A DNA stretch of 64,000 bases from Pseudomonadota bacterium (lineage in GTDB: Bacteria; Desulfobacterota; Syntrophia; Syntrophales; UBA8958). This document shows positions 13,287-23,943 of this stretch, in pieces. The notes under the pieces are model-generated. The model was not told the DNA's origin and searched no databases. It saw nothing but the letters and a program-made list of their open reading frames with translations. Numbering within the stretch: position 1 is the first letter of the stretch; every line of letters begins with the position of its first letter. The translations under genes were made by a program, and so were the position numbers. The stretch covers positions 48,841-112,840 of the forward strand of contig JASGUC010000057.1 in the NCBI GenBank assembly GCA_030057915.1, written 5' to 3'.

Positions 13287-14036
13287 ATGATCGTTCTAAA
13301 GCAGCAAAGCGAGATAGACAAGATCAGGGCCAGCAACGTCATCGTCGCGGAGGTGCTGGCGGCTCTGAGGGAAGAGGTAAGGGAAGGCGTGACCACCCGA
13401 CAGTTGGATTGCCTCTCCGAGGAGCTGGTGCTGAAGAAGGGCGCCAAGCCGGCCTTCAAGGGCTACCGGGGCTATCCCTTTTCCCTGTGCGCCTCCGTGA
13501 ACGACGAGATCATTCACGGTCTTCCCTCGGAAAGGGCGCTGGTTGACGGCGACATCGTCGGTCTCGATTTCGGGGCCTTTTATATGGGATATTATGGCGA
13601 CGCCGCCATTACGGTTCCGGTGGGCAGGATCTCACAAGAGGCCGTGCGGCTTCTCCAGACGACGGAGGAAGCCTTGGCCCTGGCCATTGACGAGGCCCGG
13701 GTCGGCAACCGGCTGGGAGACATCTCCGCGGCGGTCCAGGGCCACGTCGAGGCGGCCGGCTTTTCGGTGGTAAGGGATTTTGTGGGACACGGTATCGGCC
13801 GGAACCTGCATGAAGATCCCCAGATCCCCAATTACGGCGTCCGGGGCAGGGGGATAAAGCTGAAGGCGGGGATGGTGCTGGCGATCGAACCCATGGTCAA
13901 CGCCGGATCGCACCGGATCAAGATGCGACCCGACGGCTGGACCGCGGTGACGGCGGACGGCAGGCTGTCGGCCCACTTTGAGCATACCGTGGCCATTACG
14001 GAAAACGGTCCGGAAATCTTGAGCCGGCGCCAGTGA
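13287..14036 (+). CDS. map: Type I methionine aminopeptidase
   Basis: MIVLKQQSEIDKIRASNVIVAEVL...; internal ATG of track ORF 12906-14036, whose upstream part overlaps secY in another frame. HGIGRNLHE metal-site motif. Confidence 0.94.
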   Translation: MIVLKQQSEIDKIRASNVIVAEVLAALREEVREGVTTRQLDCLSEELVLKKGAKPAFKGYRGYPFSLCASVNDEIIHGLPSERALVDGDIVGLDFGAFYMGYYGDAAITVPVGRISQEAVRLLQTTEEALALAIDEARVGNRLGDISAAVQGHVEAAGFSVVRDFVGHGIGRNLHEDPQIPNYGVRGRGIKLKAGMVLAIEPMVNAGSHRIKMRPDGWTAVTADGRLSAHFEHTVAITENGPEILSRRQ

Positions 14037-14046
14037 TCGAAAAAGG

Positions 14047-14179
14047 GAGGCCTCTGAAAAACGACCCGTCCTGTCATGTCGGGCTTGAGGCGGCATCCAG
14101 AAGATGCTTGAAAGCGCTGGATGCCCGCTTTCGCGGGAAGGGCAAAAGGAGGTTTGCGAAGCGCTTGCGCAAAGGTCTC
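14047..14179. mobile_element. 133-bp TIR-bounded mosaic element (chimeric C-left/B-right arms) in the map-infA spacer
   Basis: The termini are GAGGCCTCTGAAAA and TTGCGCAAAGGTCTC. The interior modules CCCGTCCTGTCATGTCGGGC and CTGGATGCCCGCTTTCGCGGGAAGGGC match arms of copies at 47568 and 54819. Confidence 0.65.
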
Positions 14180-14240
14180 GAAGGATTATGGGCCTGATGG
14201 CGAATATTAATCGGATCCTCTGATTTCAGGAATCGTTTTT

Positions 14241-14459
14241 ATGGTAAAAGAAGAGGCAATCGAGGTTGAAGGAAAGGTGATCGAGCCCCTGCCCAACGCC
14301 ATGTTTCGGGTGGAGCTGGAAAACGGCCACCGGGTTCTGGCCCACATCTCCGGGAAGATGAGGATGCACTTCATCAAGATCCTTCCGGGCGACAAGGTTA
14401 CCGTGGAGTTGTCCCCCTACGACTTGACCAGGGGGCGGATCATCTACCGGACGAAATAG
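14241..14459 (+). CDS. infA: Translation initiation factor IF-1
   Basis: [41 protein letters not shown]...; 72 aa. Confidence 0.97.
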   Translation: MVKEEAIEVEGKVIEPLPNAMFRVELENGHRVLAHISGKMRMHFIKILPGDKVTVELSPYDLTRGRIIYRTK

Positions 14460-14506
14460 CCGGCGGGCGGCGAAACGTCCGACCGGACGAGATAGGAGTG
14501 GAGATC

Positions 14507-14620
14507 GTGAAAGTAAGGGCTTCCGTGAAAAGGATCTGCGACAAGTGCAAGATCGTCAAGAGAAAGGGCATTCTGCGGGTGATCTGCGAGAATCCCAAAC
14601 ATAAGCAGCGACAGGGATGA
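14507..14620 (+). CDS. rpmJ: 50S ribosomal protein L36 (zinc-binding form)
   Basis: Not in the ORF track (37 aa). GTG start with GGAGTGGAG upstream. [37 protein letters not shown]; lies between infA and rpsM. Confidence 0.92.
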   Translation: MKVRASVKRICDKCKIVKRKGILRVICENPKHKQRQG

Positions 14621-14651
14621 AGTCCGTCGCTTAGGTCAGGAGGGCAGGCGC

Positions 14652-15020
14652 GTGGCAAGAATTGCAGGGGTGGATCTACCGAAGAACAAAAGGATGGAAA
14701 TAGCCTTGACCTATATTTACGGCATCGGCAGAACGACCGCACAGAAGATTCTCCAGAAGGCAGGGGTGGACCTGAATGTAAAGACGGATAATCTCGTGGA
14801 TGCGGAGATAACGGCCATCCGGAATGTCATCGACAAGGACCACAAGGTGGAGGGCGATCTACGACGGGAGGTGTCCATGGACCTGAAGCGATTGATGGAT
14901 CTGGGCGCCTATCGGGGACTGAGGCACCGCAAGGGACTCCCCGTGCGGGGGCAGAGGAGCCATACCAACGCCCGGACGCGGAAAGGCCCGAGACGAGCGA
15001 TAGCAGGAAAGAAGAAGTAA
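14652..15020 (+). CDS. rpsM: 30S ribosomal protein S13
   Basis: [26 protein letters not shown]...; GTG start. Confidence 0.96.
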   Translation: MARIAGVDLPKNKRMEIALTYIYGIGRTTAQKILQKAGVDLNVKTDNLVDAEITAIRNVIDKDHKVEGDLRREVSMDLKRLMDLGAYRGLRHRKGLPVRGQRSHTNARTRKGPRRAIAGKKK

Positions 15021-15032
15021 CGGGGAGGAACA

Positions 15033-15425
15033 ATGGCGAGGCCGGCGAGAAAAACAGGCAAGAAAAAGGAAAAGAAGAATATTCCCGAGGGGATTGCCCA
15101 CATTCAGTCCACGTTCAACAACACCATCGTGACCATTACGGATCTCAGCGGCAATGTTGTGTCCTGGTCTTCTTCGGGCATCCAGGGATTCAAGGGTTCC
15201 CGAAAAAGCACGCCCTTCGCCGCCCAGATGGCGGCGGAGGATGCGGTGAAGAAGGCGAAAGAGCACGGGATGAGGAGCGTTCAGGTTTATGTCAAGGGAC
15301 CCGGTTCGGGTCGGGAATCGGCCCTGCGGGCCTTGCAGGTTGCGGGAATCAACATCACGTTGATCCGCGACGTCACCCCGATTCCTCATAACGGCTGTCG
15401 GCCGCCGAAGCGGAGAAGGGTTTAG
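15033..15425 (+). CDS. rpsK: 30S ribosomal protein S11
   Basis: ...[28 protein letters not shown]...; 130 aa. Confidence 0.96.
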   Translation: MARPARKTGKKKEKKNIPEGIAHIQSTFNNTIVTITDLSGNVVSWSSSGIQGFKGSRKSTPFAAQMAAEDAVKKAKEHGMRSVQVYVKGPGSGRESALRALQVAGINITLIRDVTPIPHNGCRPPKRRRV

Positions 15426-15473
15426 AATCGAGTTTTGTCTTTATTGAAGAGCGTGATTTGACAGGGAGGAACT

Positions 15474-16100
15474 TTGGCAAGGTATAGAGAATCCGTATGC
15501 AGGTTGTGCCGTCGGGAAGGCCTGAAGCTGTTTTTGAAGGGCGATCGCTGCTACAGCGAAAAATGCGCCTTTGAACGCCGGGAATACGCCCCGGGGGATC
15601 ACGGCCAAATGAGGAGAAAGCCCACCGATTATTGCGTGCAGTTGCGGGCCAAGCAGAAATTGCGCAGGATGTACGGCCTTTTGGAAAAGCAGTTCCACGG
15701 TTATTATGAAAAGGCCGACCGGATCAAGGGGATCACGGGAACCAATCTGCTGATTCTTCTGGAGCGAAGACTGGACAACATGGTCTTCCGCATGGGTTTC
15801 GCCAATTCCCGCACCGAGGCGCGCCAGTTGGTCCGGCATAACCATTTTTCCGTCAACGGTAAAAAGGTCAATATCCCCTCTTACCTGGTCAAGGTGGGGG
15901 ACGAGATCGCGGTTCGGGAGGGTAGCAGAAAGATAGCCCGGATAGCCGAGGCCCTGGAGTCGGTCGCCCGACGGGGAGTGCCGCAGTGGCTGGTCCTGGA
16001 CAAGGACAATTTCAAGGGCGCCGTAAGATTGCTCCCCACCCGCGACGAATTGACGATGCCGGTTCAGGAACAGCTAGTCGTTGAGCTTTATTCAAAATGA
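15474..16100 (+). CDS. rpsD: 30S ribosomal protein S4
   Basis: [26 protein letters not shown]...; TTG start; 208 aa. Confidence 0.96.
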   Translation: MARYRESVCRLCRREGLKLFLKGDRCYSEKCAFERREYAPGDHGQMRRKPTDYCVQLRAKQKLRRMYGLLEKQFHGYYEKADRIKGITGTNLLILLERRLDNMVFRMGFANSRTEARQLVRHNHFSVNGKKVNIPSYLVKVGDEIAVREGSRKIARIAEALESVARRGVPQWLVLDKDNFKGAVRLLPTRDELTMPVQEQLVVELYSK

Positions 16101-16152
16101 ACATAACCTTCCGGCGCTCGGAACGAAGCCGGGGACGATAAGGACAAGGACA

Positions 16153-17175
16153 ATGCAGCGAAACTGGCGCGGCCTAATACGACCGAGACGGATAGAAATC
16201 GACGCGAATACAAAGACTGATTATTATGGAGAGTTCACCTGTCAACCCCTGGAAAGGGGCATGGGCGTCACGCTGGGCAATGCCCTCCGGAGGACCCTGC
16301 TGTCTTCCATACAGGGGGCGGCCATCGTATCGGTCCGTTTTGAAGGCGTTCTTCACGAATTTTCCACCATCCCCGGGGTAAAGGAGGATGTGACGGATAT
16401 CATCCTCAACCTCAAGGGCGTCCGGGTGAAGCTCCATCAGGACGGCCCGCGGACGTTGAGTCTGGACCTCTCCCGGGAGGGAATCGTCACGGCGGGCGAC
16501 ATCGCCCATGACAGCACCGTCGAGATCCTCAATCCCGACCACTACGTGGCCACCCTTTCCGGAAAGGCGAACCTGAAGGCGGAAATGGTCGCCCAACTGG
16601 GACGTGGGTATGCGCAGGCGAAAAAGGAGAAGGATTTCGACCAGCCGGAAGGGACCATCAACATCGACGCCATCTTTTCGCCCATCAAGAAGGTGAATTA
16701 CACCATCACACATGCCCGGGTGGGCCAGATCGCCGACTACGATCGCCTCGTTCTCGAGGTCTGGACGGACGGGAGCGTCAAGCCCGAGGATGCCGTGGCC
16801 TTTGCCTCGAAGATCCTCAAGGAACAGTTGGATGTCTTCATCAATTTCAGCGAACCGGAGGAAGAGTCCGAGGCGCCGGAGATCGAGGAAGAGGGCATCA
16901 TCAACGAGAAGCTGCTCCGTCACGTGGACGATCTGGAATTGTCGGTACGTTCGGCGAACTGTCTGAAAAACGCCGGCATCAACCTCATCGGCGAACTGGT
17001 CCAGAAAACGGAAGCGGAGATGTTGAAAACCAAGAACTTTGGGAGAAAATCGCTCAATGAAATCAAGGAGATTCTTGCCGAGCAGGGATTGGGCTTCGGC
17101 ATGAAGCTGGATTTTCACCCCTGGAACTCCACGGAGGACAACCGGGAAAGAACCGGCCCCGGGCAGGCGGGATAG
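16153..17175 (+). CDS. rpoA: DNA-directed RNA polymerase subunit alpha
   Basis: [15 protein letters not shown]...[20 protein letters not shown]...; internal ATG of track ORF 16081-17175. Confidence 0.95.
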   Translation: MQRNWRGLIRPRRIEIDANTKTDYYGEFTCQPLERGMGVTLGNALRRTLLSSIQGAAIVSVRFEGVLHEFSTIPGVKEDVTDIILNLKGVRVKLHQDGPRTLSLDLSREGIVTAGDIAHDSTVEILNPDHYVATLSGKANLKAEMVAQLGRGYAQAKKEKDFDQPEGTINIDAIFSPIKKVNYTITHARVGQIADYDRLVLEVWTDGSVKPEDAVAFASKILKEQLDVFINFSEPEEESEAPEIEEEGIINEKLLRHVDDLELSVRSANCLKNAGINLIGELVQKTEAEMLKTKNFGRKSLNEIKEILAEQGLGFGMKLDFHPWNSTEDNRERTGPGQAG

Positions 17176-17208
17176 CCTGGGGGGAGCAGATAGAGAGGAC
17201 AAGGAACT

Positions 17209-17613
17209 ATGCGTCACGGAAAGGCGGATTGTAAACTCGGCAGAACAACCAGCCACAGAAAGGCCATGTTGCGGAACATGGTAACATCCTTCATCGATTA
17301 TGAAGCGATACAGACCACGGATGTCAAGGCGAAGGAACTGAAAAGGGCGGCGGAAAAGATGGTGACCTTGGGAAAGAGAGGGACTCTGCATGCCCGCCGT
17401 CAGGCCCTGGGGTATATCCGCAGCGAGAAGACGGTGAAAAAGCTCTTCGAGGAGTTGTCGGTGAGGTACCGGGAACGGGCGGGGGGTTATACCCGCATCG
17501 TCAAGCTTGGTTTCCGAATTGGCGATAACGCCCCGATATCCCTGGTGGAATTCGTCAAAGACGAAGACAAGGTGAAAGGCAGGAAAAAGGCCGGCGCGGC
17601 CAAAAAGACCTGA
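17209..17613 (+). CDS. rplQ: 50S ribosomal protein L17
   Basis: [24 protein letters not shown]...; 134 aa. Confidence 0.96.
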   Translation: MRHGKADCKLGRTTSHRKAMLRNMVTSFIDYEAIQTTDVKAKELKRAAEKMVTLGKRGTLHARRQALGYIRSEKTVKKLFEELSVRYRERAGGYTRIVKLGFRIGDNAPISLVEFVKDEDKVKGRKKAGAAKKT

Positions 17614-17638
17614 GCGGCGGCATCGCGATGAACCCGAG

Positions 17639-17666
17639 GGGCCGGTCCCATCCCGGCCCTTTTTTA
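17639..17666 (+). terminator. Rho-independent terminator after the alpha operon
   Basis: GGGCCGG-tcccatc-CCGGCCC stem-loop followed by TTTTTT, 25 nt after the rplQ stop. Confidence 0.8.
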
Positions 17667-17750
17667 TTTGTTCTTGTCTTTTTCAAGGAAAAAGGATAGA
17701 GTTTCGCCGGTTCTCAATCCCCGCAACACACGACGAAAGGAGGTCTGATT

Positions 17751-18011
17751 ATGGCGGAAGAAAAAATCGGCGAAGTGGTCAAGTTTTTTGCGAAACCCTC
17801 GGTAGCGGCGGTGAAGATCGTCAGCGGCGAGCTTAAGATCGGCGACACGATCAAGATTACCGGTCATACCACCGACATCACCGATACCATAGATTCCATG
17901 GAGGTCAATAACCAGAAAGTGGAAAAGGCCGTTCCGGGAGATTATATCGGGGTGAAGGTTTCCGACCGCGTCCGTCCCGGAGACGAGGTATTCCGCGTTC
18001 TTCCGGATTGA
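17751..18011 (+). CDS. Small EF-Tu domain-2-like beta-barrel protein (translation elongation factor-like)
   Basis: 86 aa with an AGGAGG SD. The pattern IGEVVKFF..V....V..GELKIGD.I.I.G....... resembles the GTP_EFTU_D2 barrel. The assignment rests on recalled similarity only. Confidence 0.5.
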   Translation: MAEEKIGEVVKFFAKPSVAAVKIVSGELKIGDTIKITGHTTDITDTIDSMEVNNQKVEKAVPGDYIGVKVSDRVRPGDEVFRVLPD

Positions 18012-18118
18012 TCGGCGCCTGAATCGCCTCTCGTGGGAGGTCGATGGCCGGCAGCCGGCGGCGATTGAAGCCATGGATTGACCTTTCCTGTTCTTCCATG
18101 GCTTTTCCTTTATTTTCC

Positions 18119-19408
18119 ATGAACTCTTCCCTCGATCCCCATTCCTATCTTCAACGTTTGACCGCTCTAGGCGTCCGCATGGATCTCGGCGCCGTCCGGT
18201 CGGCCCTGGAGGCCCTGGGCCATCCGGAGTCGTCATATCCGGCGATCATTATCGCCGGAACCAACGGCAAGGGTTCCGTGGCGGCCATGGCGGCCGCGAT
18301 CCTCGCGGCGGCCGGATATGTCGTCGGTCTTTACACCTCTCCGCACCTGGTGGATGTCCGGGAGAGGATCCGGGTCAACGGGGCGATGATCACCCGGCGG
18401 GAGCTGGCGGCGGCGATCGGGGCCATCGACCGCCGACTCGAAGAACCGCTGACCTATTTTGAATTTCTCACGGTCTTGGCGAGCCTTCATTTCCGAAGGA
18501 AAGGGATCGACATCGCCGTGATCGAGGTGGGCATGGGCGGCCGACTCGACGCGACAAGGGTCTTTGAGGCGTCGGTGGCGGTCATCACCAATGTGGCCCG
18601 GGACCATCAGGAGTATCTGGGAAAGCGCCTTCGGGATATCGCCGCCGAAAAGGCGGCGGTTATGCCGGCCGGCGGGATCTGTGTGACCGCCGTCCGTCCC
18701 GCCGCCGTCCGGCAGGCAATCGAACGCCTGGCGAGGGAGCGGGGGACGGCCCTGTGGCGGCTGGGCGGAGAAATAATGATCCGCCGCCGCCGGGACGGAA
18801 CCTTTTCCTATCGCCGTGAGGACCGCACCCGCCGCGCCCTGCCCTGCGGTTTGCAGGGGGGTCATCAACGTCAAAATGCCGCGCTGGCCGTGGCGGCGGT
18901 GGAGGCCATGGCGGAGCGGGGCATCGTCGCAGCGGATGAGGACATCCGCCGGGGGTTGGCGGGGGTGCGCTGGGAGGGGCGGATGGAGGTCCTGCGCCGC
19001 GATCCGATCCTGGTCCTCGACGGCGCCCATAACCCGGCGGGGATACGGGCCCTGTGCCGGGCCCTGCGGGAGGAATTCTCCTTTCGACGTCTCATTGTGG
19101 TGTTCGGCGTTCTTGGAGACAAGCCTTACCGCGAGATGGCGGAGAGAGTGGCCGCGAGCGCGTCCGTGATGATCCTTACCCGTCCGGGAAGCGACCGTTC
19201 CCTGCCGCCGACGGTCCTCCTCCCTTTCGTCGGGGGGCCGACCCGGGAGGTCGCGATGATCGCGTCGCCGCCGGCGGCCCTCCGGCATGCCTTGGCCGTC
19301 GCCCACGCGGAGGATCTGATCCTGGTGACCGGTTCCCTGTACCTGGTGGGGGAGATAAAAAAGGCTTTCCCTTCCCCGCGAACCATGATAGCTCCCAAGG
19401 GGAAATGA
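18119..19408 (+). CDS. folC: Bifunctional folylpolyglutamate synthase / dihydrofolate synthase
   Basis: IIIAGTNGKGSV P-loop-like Mur-ligase motif and overall FolC architecture. The start at ATG 18119 (MNSSLDPHSYLQRL) is uncertain. Confidence 0.85.
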   Translation: MNSSLDPHSYLQRLTALGVRMDLGAVRSALEALGHPESSYPAIIIAGTNGKGSVAAMAAAILAAAGYVVGLYTSPHLVDVRERIRVNGAMITRRELAAAIGAIDRRLEEPLTYFEFLTVLASLHFRRKGIDIAVIEVGMGGRLDATRVFEASVAVITNVARDHQEYLGKRLRDIAAEKAAVMPAGGICVTAVRPAAVRQAIERLARERGTALWRLGGEIMIRRRRDGTFSYRREDRTRRALPCGLQGGHQRQNAALAVAAVEAMAERGIVAADEDIRRGLAGVRWEGRMEVLRRDPILVLDGAHNPAGIRALCRALREEFSFRRLIVVFGVLGDKPYREMAERVAASASVMILTRPGSDRSLPPTVLLPFVGGPTREVAMIASPPAALRHALAVAHAEDLILVTGSLYLVGEIKKAFPSPRTMIAPKGK

Positions 19409-21894
19409 TCCCCGTCTTGCATAGGATGATAATGCTGCGGCTTCCGGCCGGGATCGGGAAGGCGGGCCCCCGCCGGTTCTTCCTGGCGGCCTTGCTGTTG
19501 GCTGTTTTGTCCTTTCCCGGTTTGACCCGAGGCGAGGAGGCGGCCCTCTTGCAGGGATCGGTGCGCGACGAGGAGGGAAGGCCCGTCTCCGGGGCCCTTG
19601 TGGAGAGCCGTGAAGACCCCCACGGCGGGACGACGACCGATTCCGACGGAAGGTTTTCCCTGATGGTTCCCCCCGGGCAGCGCCGGATTTTCCTCTCCGT
19701 GAACCGGGATGGTTTCTTTCCCCATTATGAAGACTGCGCCGCCGACAAGTGGGGCAAGGATGGGCGGGTGATTCTCCTAACCCCCCTGCCGTCCCCGCAG
19801 GACCCCATGGCGCCCACACCGGGCGGCAAGAAGCCGGCCGTTCCCGTGGAGATCGAGGCCGACGCCATGAGTTATTTCCAGAACAGCGATTCCTACCAGG
19901 CCGTGGGCGACGTCATCGTCCGTTATGAGGAAAAGACCCTGAGCGCCGCTGTCGTCACCCTCGACAGAAGGACGGAGGAAGCCTTCGCCGAAGGGGCGGT
20001 AGTGCTCAGGAGCAGGGATGATGTCCTGGCGGGGGAGCGGGTAAAGATCCACTTCCCCTCCCAGACCGGCGAGGCGCGGGAAGGGAGGATGTTCATCGCC
20101 CAGACCCATCTGTACATCCGCGGCGACCGGATCGAAAAGAAGGGGGAGGCGACCTATGCGGTGGAAAACGCCCAGGCGACTACCTGCGACGGCGAGAACC
20201 CCGACTGGCGTCTGGCGGGCAAGACCCTCGATGTCACCATCGACGGCTATGGGACGCTCACCCACGGCAAGCTCTATGCGGGCAAACTTCCCGTGATCTA
20301 TGCCCCCTACCTGCTTTTCCCCGCCAAGACCACCCGGCAGTCGGGATTCCTCTTCCCCCATCGGCTGTCTTATTCCCAGGATAAATTAGGTTGGGACATC
20401 GGCGTCCCGTTTTACTGGGCCATCTCCAAGGATGCGGATGCCACCTTTTATCAGCGCTACATGAGCCAGCGGGGATTTCAGGAGGGCATGGAACTGCGCT
20501 ATGCCTTTGGCGACGCCACCACGGGAACCATTTACGGGGACTTTCTCAACGACGGCAAGGAAGTGACGGAAACCAGCGGCAACATCAGCAGAAACTGGCA
20601 ATCGAACCAGAAGCGCTGGGCCTTCTACTGGAATCAAGAGACACGCTTCGATCCCAGTTTCTATCTTCGCGCCGACGTCGCCAAGGTATCGGACAGTTGG
20701 TATTTCAAGGACTTCTCCTCGCAAAACTACTTCCTGGACAATTATGCCTCCGACCGGGCGCAGCCATTCAAGAGGGTTGCCTTTGTGGGCAACGAGGCGC
20801 TCACCGCTCTGGACTCCACGGTGCGCCTCGTCAAGAACTGGAAATTATTCAACCTTACCGCCCTGGCGAAAAACACTGACGACTACGCCGTGGCGACCAA
20901 TGACGGCACGCTGCAAAAATATCCCGAGGTGACCCTGACCGGCGCCAAGGCCCCGCTCTTCGGCTCCCCGGTCAATTACGAGTTTACCTCGAACTACGAT
21001 TATTTCTACCGGGATGCGGGTCAGCGGGGCCACTATCTGGATTTCAACCCCACCCTGTCTCTGCCGTGGAATGGGGGCGATTATTTCCAGTTGACCCCTT
21101 TCGCGGGCGTCCAGGGGACCTTCTGGTGGCGGGACGACAAGGAGGAAGACGGCCTGGCCAAACGGGGCGACCGTGAGGTTTACAAAGTGGGCGCCAGCCT
21201 GGCTTCGGAGCTGCAGCGGATCTTTCCCGTGGGGGGCCCTAGGGTGGATAAGATCCGCCACGCCCTACGCCCCGAAGTGACCTATACCTACATCCCCAAT
21301 CCCAATCAGGACGGCCTGCCCAACTATGGCGCGAAGGTGAGCGAACAGCACACCGTCGCCTACTCCCTGACCAACACCCTTATCAGCCGGATACTGGAAA
21401 AGGGGGGCAAGGCAAGATATCTGGAATTGCTGCGCTTCAAACTCGCCCAGACCTACGATCTCAAGGCGGCGGCCGCCGACGGCGTTCCCCCCGGGGCGAG
21501 CCGTCGGCCCTTCAGCGATGTGGAGATGGAGATCGATTTCAAGCCGTTCTCCTATCTGAACCTCATGGCCCGGAACAAATACAACGTTTACGACACGAAC
21601 TGGACCCAGGCGAACTACGATCTCGGCCTCAACGATAAACGGGGCGATACCGCCACGGTGACCTACCGCTATACCCGGGATTCCCTGGAGGAGATAAATC
21701 TCCTCCTGAAGGCCGTCATCACCAAGGAACTCAATCTCAACTTCACCTTCAAACGGGACCTGCTCACGGAAAAGAACATCGAACAAACCTACGGCTTCGA
21801 TTTCCGGCGCCAATGCTGGCATATCGGTTTCAGTTACGGCGACCGGGACAACGACAAGATCTATGAATTCCGATTCGGAATCTACGGAATGTAA
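19405..21894 (+). CDS. lptD: LPS-assembly outer-membrane protein LptD with an N-terminal carboxypeptidase-regulatory-like domain
   Basis: ATG 19405 overlaps the folC stop (ATGA). Signal peptide [16 protein letters not shown]...[14 protein letters not shown]. OstA-like segment and a long beta-barrel rich in Y/F/W-terminated strands. Confidence 0.8.
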   Translation: MIPVLHRMIMLRLPAGIGKAGPRRFFLAALLLAVLSFPGLTRGEEAALLQGSVRDEEGRPVSGALVESREDPHGGTTTDSDGRFSLMVPPGQRRIFLSVNRDGFFPHYEDCAADKWGKDGRVILLTPLPSPQDPMAPTPGGKKPAVPVEIEADAMSYFQNSDSYQAVGDVIVRYEEKTLSAAVVTLDRRTEEAFAEGAVVLRSRDDVLAGERVKIHFPSQTGEAREGRMFIAQTHLYIRGDRIEKKGEATYAVENAQATTCDGENPDWRLAGKTLDVTIDGYGTLTHGKLYAGKLPVIYAPYLLFPAKTTRQSGFLFPHRLSYSQDKLGWDIGVPFYWAISKDADATFYQRYMSQRGFQEGMELRYAFGDATTGTIYGDFLNDGKEVTETSGNISRNWQSNQKRWAFYWNQETRFDPSFYLRADVAKVSDSWYFKDFSSQNYFLDNYASDRAQPFKRVAFVGNEALTALDSTVRLVKNWKLFNLTALAKNTDDYAVATNDGTLQKYPEVTLTGAKAPLFGSPVNYEFTSNYDYFYRDAGQRGHYLDFNPTLSLPWNGGDYFQLTPFAGVQGTFWWRDDKEEDGLAKRGDREVYKVGASLASELQRIFPVGGPRVDKIRHALRPEVTYTYIPNPNQDGLPNYGAKVSEQHTVAYSLTNTLISRILEKGGKARYLELLRFKLAQTYDLKAAAADGVPPGASRRPFSDVEMEIDFKPFSYLNLMARNKYNVYDTNWTQANYDLGLNDKRGDTATVTYRYTRDSLEEINLLLKAVITKELNLNFTFKRDLLTEKNIEQTYGFDFRRQCWHIGFSYGDRDNDKIYEFRFGIYGM

Positions 21895-21913
21895 TCCCGG
21901 CGGATGTTTTTCC

Positions 21914-21942
21914 TTGACAAGGAAGGAGAAATTGCGTAGGTT
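21914..21942 (+). promoter_or_regulatory. Candidate sigma-70 promoter for rplM-rpsI
   Basis: TTGACA-N17-TAGGTT, 35 nt upstream of the rplM ATG. This is a motif match only. Confidence 0.35.
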
Positions 21943-21976
21943 TCCAGCTTCATTTTACGAATTTGGTGATGCGGAC

Positions 21977-22405
21977 ATGAAAACCTTCAATATCAAAAAG
22001 GAAGAGATCAACAAGGACTGGTATGTGGTGGACGGCCAGGGGAAGATCTTGGGCCGACTGGCCAGCGAGATCGCCCGGCGGCTTCGGGGCAAGCACAAAC
22101 CCGTTTACACCCCCCATCTCGACACGGGGGACTTCGTTATCGTTGTCAACGCCGCCAAGATCCGCCTGACGGGCAAGAAGCTTACGGACAAGATTTACTA
22201 TCGCCACTCGGGCTATCCCGGCGGATTGAAGCAGATCACGGCGGGGAAACTCCTTGCGGAAAAACCGGAAGAGGCGCTGAAGATGGCCGTGCGGGGGATG
22301 TTGCCGAAAAACACCCTGGGGCGGGCGATGCTGAAGAAACTGAAGGTTTACCAGGGGCCCGAACATCCCCACGATGCTCAGTGCCCGCGTGTGCTCGATA
22401 TCTAA
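21977..22405 (+). CDS. rplM: 50S ribosomal protein L13
   Basis: [30 protein letters not shown]...; internal ATG of track ORF 21863-22405. Confidence 0.96.
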   Translation: MKTFNIKKEEINKDWYVVDGQGKILGRLASEIARRLRGKHKPVYTPHLDTGDFVIVVNAAKIRLTGKKLTDKIYYRHSGYPGGLKQITAGKLLAEKPEEALKMAVRGMLPKNTLGRAMLKKLKVYQGPEHPHDAQCPRVLDI

Positions 22406-22433
22406 ATAATCACTGGAGGAACGGAAGACGAAG

Positions 22434-22832
22434 ATGGGCGCCACCGACAAGCGATTTTATGCCACGGGGAAGAGGAAGACGGCCGTAGCCAGGGTTTACA
22501 TGAAGCCGGGAACGGGGATCATGGTCGTCAACAAACGGAATTTTGACGACTATTTCACCCGGGACAGCCTGAAGATGATCATCCGGCAGCCCCTGGAGAT
22601 TGTGGGCAAGAAAGACCAGTTCGATTTTTATATCAATGTCCGGGGAGGGGGCAGCTCCGGTCAGGCCGGAGCGATCAAGCACGGCATTTCGAAGGCCCTG
22701 ACCGAGTATGACCTGGAATTACGCCCCCTGCTGAAAAGGGCCGGCTTCCTGACCCGGGACGCCCGCATCAAGGAACGTAAGAAATACGGACAGCCCGGGG
22801 CCAGAAAGAGGTTCCAATTCTCTAAACGCTGA
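22434..22832 (+). CDS. rpsI: 30S ribosomal protein S9
   Basis: ...[20 protein letters not shown]...[18 protein letters not shown]; 132 aa. Confidence 0.96.
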   Translation: MGATDKRFYATGKRKTAVARVYMKPGTGIMVVNKRNFDDYFTRDSLKMIIRQPLEIVGKKDQFDFYINVRGGGSSGQAGAIKHGISKALTEYDLELRPLLKRAGFLTRDARIKERKKYGQPGARKRFQFSKR

Positions 22833-22837
22833 TTGCT

Positions 22838-22864
22838 GGGGGGCCTCGGGCCTCCCTTTTTTTT
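22838..22864 (+). terminator. Rho-independent terminator after rpsI
   Basis: GGGGGGCC-tcg-GGCCTCCC stem (one G-U pair) followed by T8. The argC SD follows immediately. Confidence 0.7.
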
Positions 22865-22874
22865 GGGAGGGAAG

Positions 22875-23915
22875 ATGATCAAGATCGGAATTTACGGCGC
22901 CAGCGGCTATACAGGCCAGGAGTTGCTGCGCCTGCTCCTGCGCCATCCGGAGGCGGAGATCGTGGCGGTTACCTCCCGTCGTTACGCCGGACGTCCCGTC
23001 TCGGCCGTTTACCCCGCCTTTACCGATTTGACGGGACTCGTCTTCATGGACGCCTCGCCGGCGGAGGTGGCCGACGAATGCGAACAGGTTTTCCTGGCCC
23101 TGCCCCATGCCGTTTCCATGAGCGTCGCCCCGGCGTTCCTCCGGAAGCCGGGCCTGAAGGTCATCGACCTGAGCGCCGATTTCCGCCTTCGGGATCCGGA
23201 GGTCTATGCCGCCTGGTACGGCCGTCACACCGCCGCCGCTTACCTCCCCGAGGCCGTTTACGGCCTGCCGGAGCTTTATCGGGAGACGATCCGGCCGGCG
23301 CGTCTCATCGCCAATCCGGGCTGTTATCCCACCAGCGTCATCCTGGGCCTGGCCCCGCTGCTGAAGGCGGGCTGGATCGACCCCGCTTCCATCATCGCCG
23401 ATTCCAAATCCGGCGTTAGCGGCGCCGGCCGGGAGCCCCTGGTTTCGTCGCTGTACTGTGAAGTCGCCGAGGCCTTCAAGGCCTACAAGGTCGCCCAACA
23501 CCGCCATACCCCGGAGATGGAACAGGAATTGGGCATCCTGGCCGGCCGGGACCTCCGGATTTCCTTCACCCCCCACCTGCTGCCCATAACCCGGGGCATC
23601 CTCAGCACCCTTTATGCGACCCTGACCTCGCCGCGGACCGTCAAGGACGTCCATGAACTCTACGCGAACTTCTATGGCCGGGAACGATTCGTCCGGGTTT
23701 ACCGGCCCGGGGATTATCCCAACGTTTCCGCGGTGCGGGGGACCAATTACTGCGATCTGGGCGTCGCCGTGGACGAGCGGACGGGGCGGGTCCTGGTGAT
23801 CTCGGCCATCGACAACCTGGTCAAGGGGGCGGCGGGGCAGGCCGTCCAGAACATGAACATCCTGTGGGGATGGAGGGAAGATCTAGGCTTGGAAATGATT
23901 TCCCTGTATCCCTGA
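22875..23915 (+). CDS. argC: N-acetyl-gamma-glutamyl-phosphate reductase
   Basis: MIKIGIYGASGYTGQELLRLL...; active-site region GCYPTS; GGGAGGG SD. Confidence 0.93.
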   Translation: MIKIGIYGASGYTGQELLRLLLRHPEAEIVAVTSRRYAGRPVSAVYPAFTDLTGLVFMDASPAEVADECEQVFLALPHAVSMSVAPAFLRKPGLKVIDLSADFRLRDPEVYAAWYGRHTAAAYLPEAVYGLPELYRETIRPARLIANPGCYPTSVILGLAPLLKAGWIDPASIIADSKSGVSGAGREPLVSSLYCEVAEAFKAYKVAQHRHTPEMEQELGILAGRDLRISFTPHLLPITRGILSTLYATLTSPRTVKDVHELYANFYGRERFVRVYRPGDYPNVSAVRGTNYCDLGVAVDERTGRVLVISAIDNLVKGAAGQAVQNMNILWGWREDLGLEMISLYP

Positions 23916-23943
23916 GGGCAGCGTAATTTAACGAGGAGTCGCC

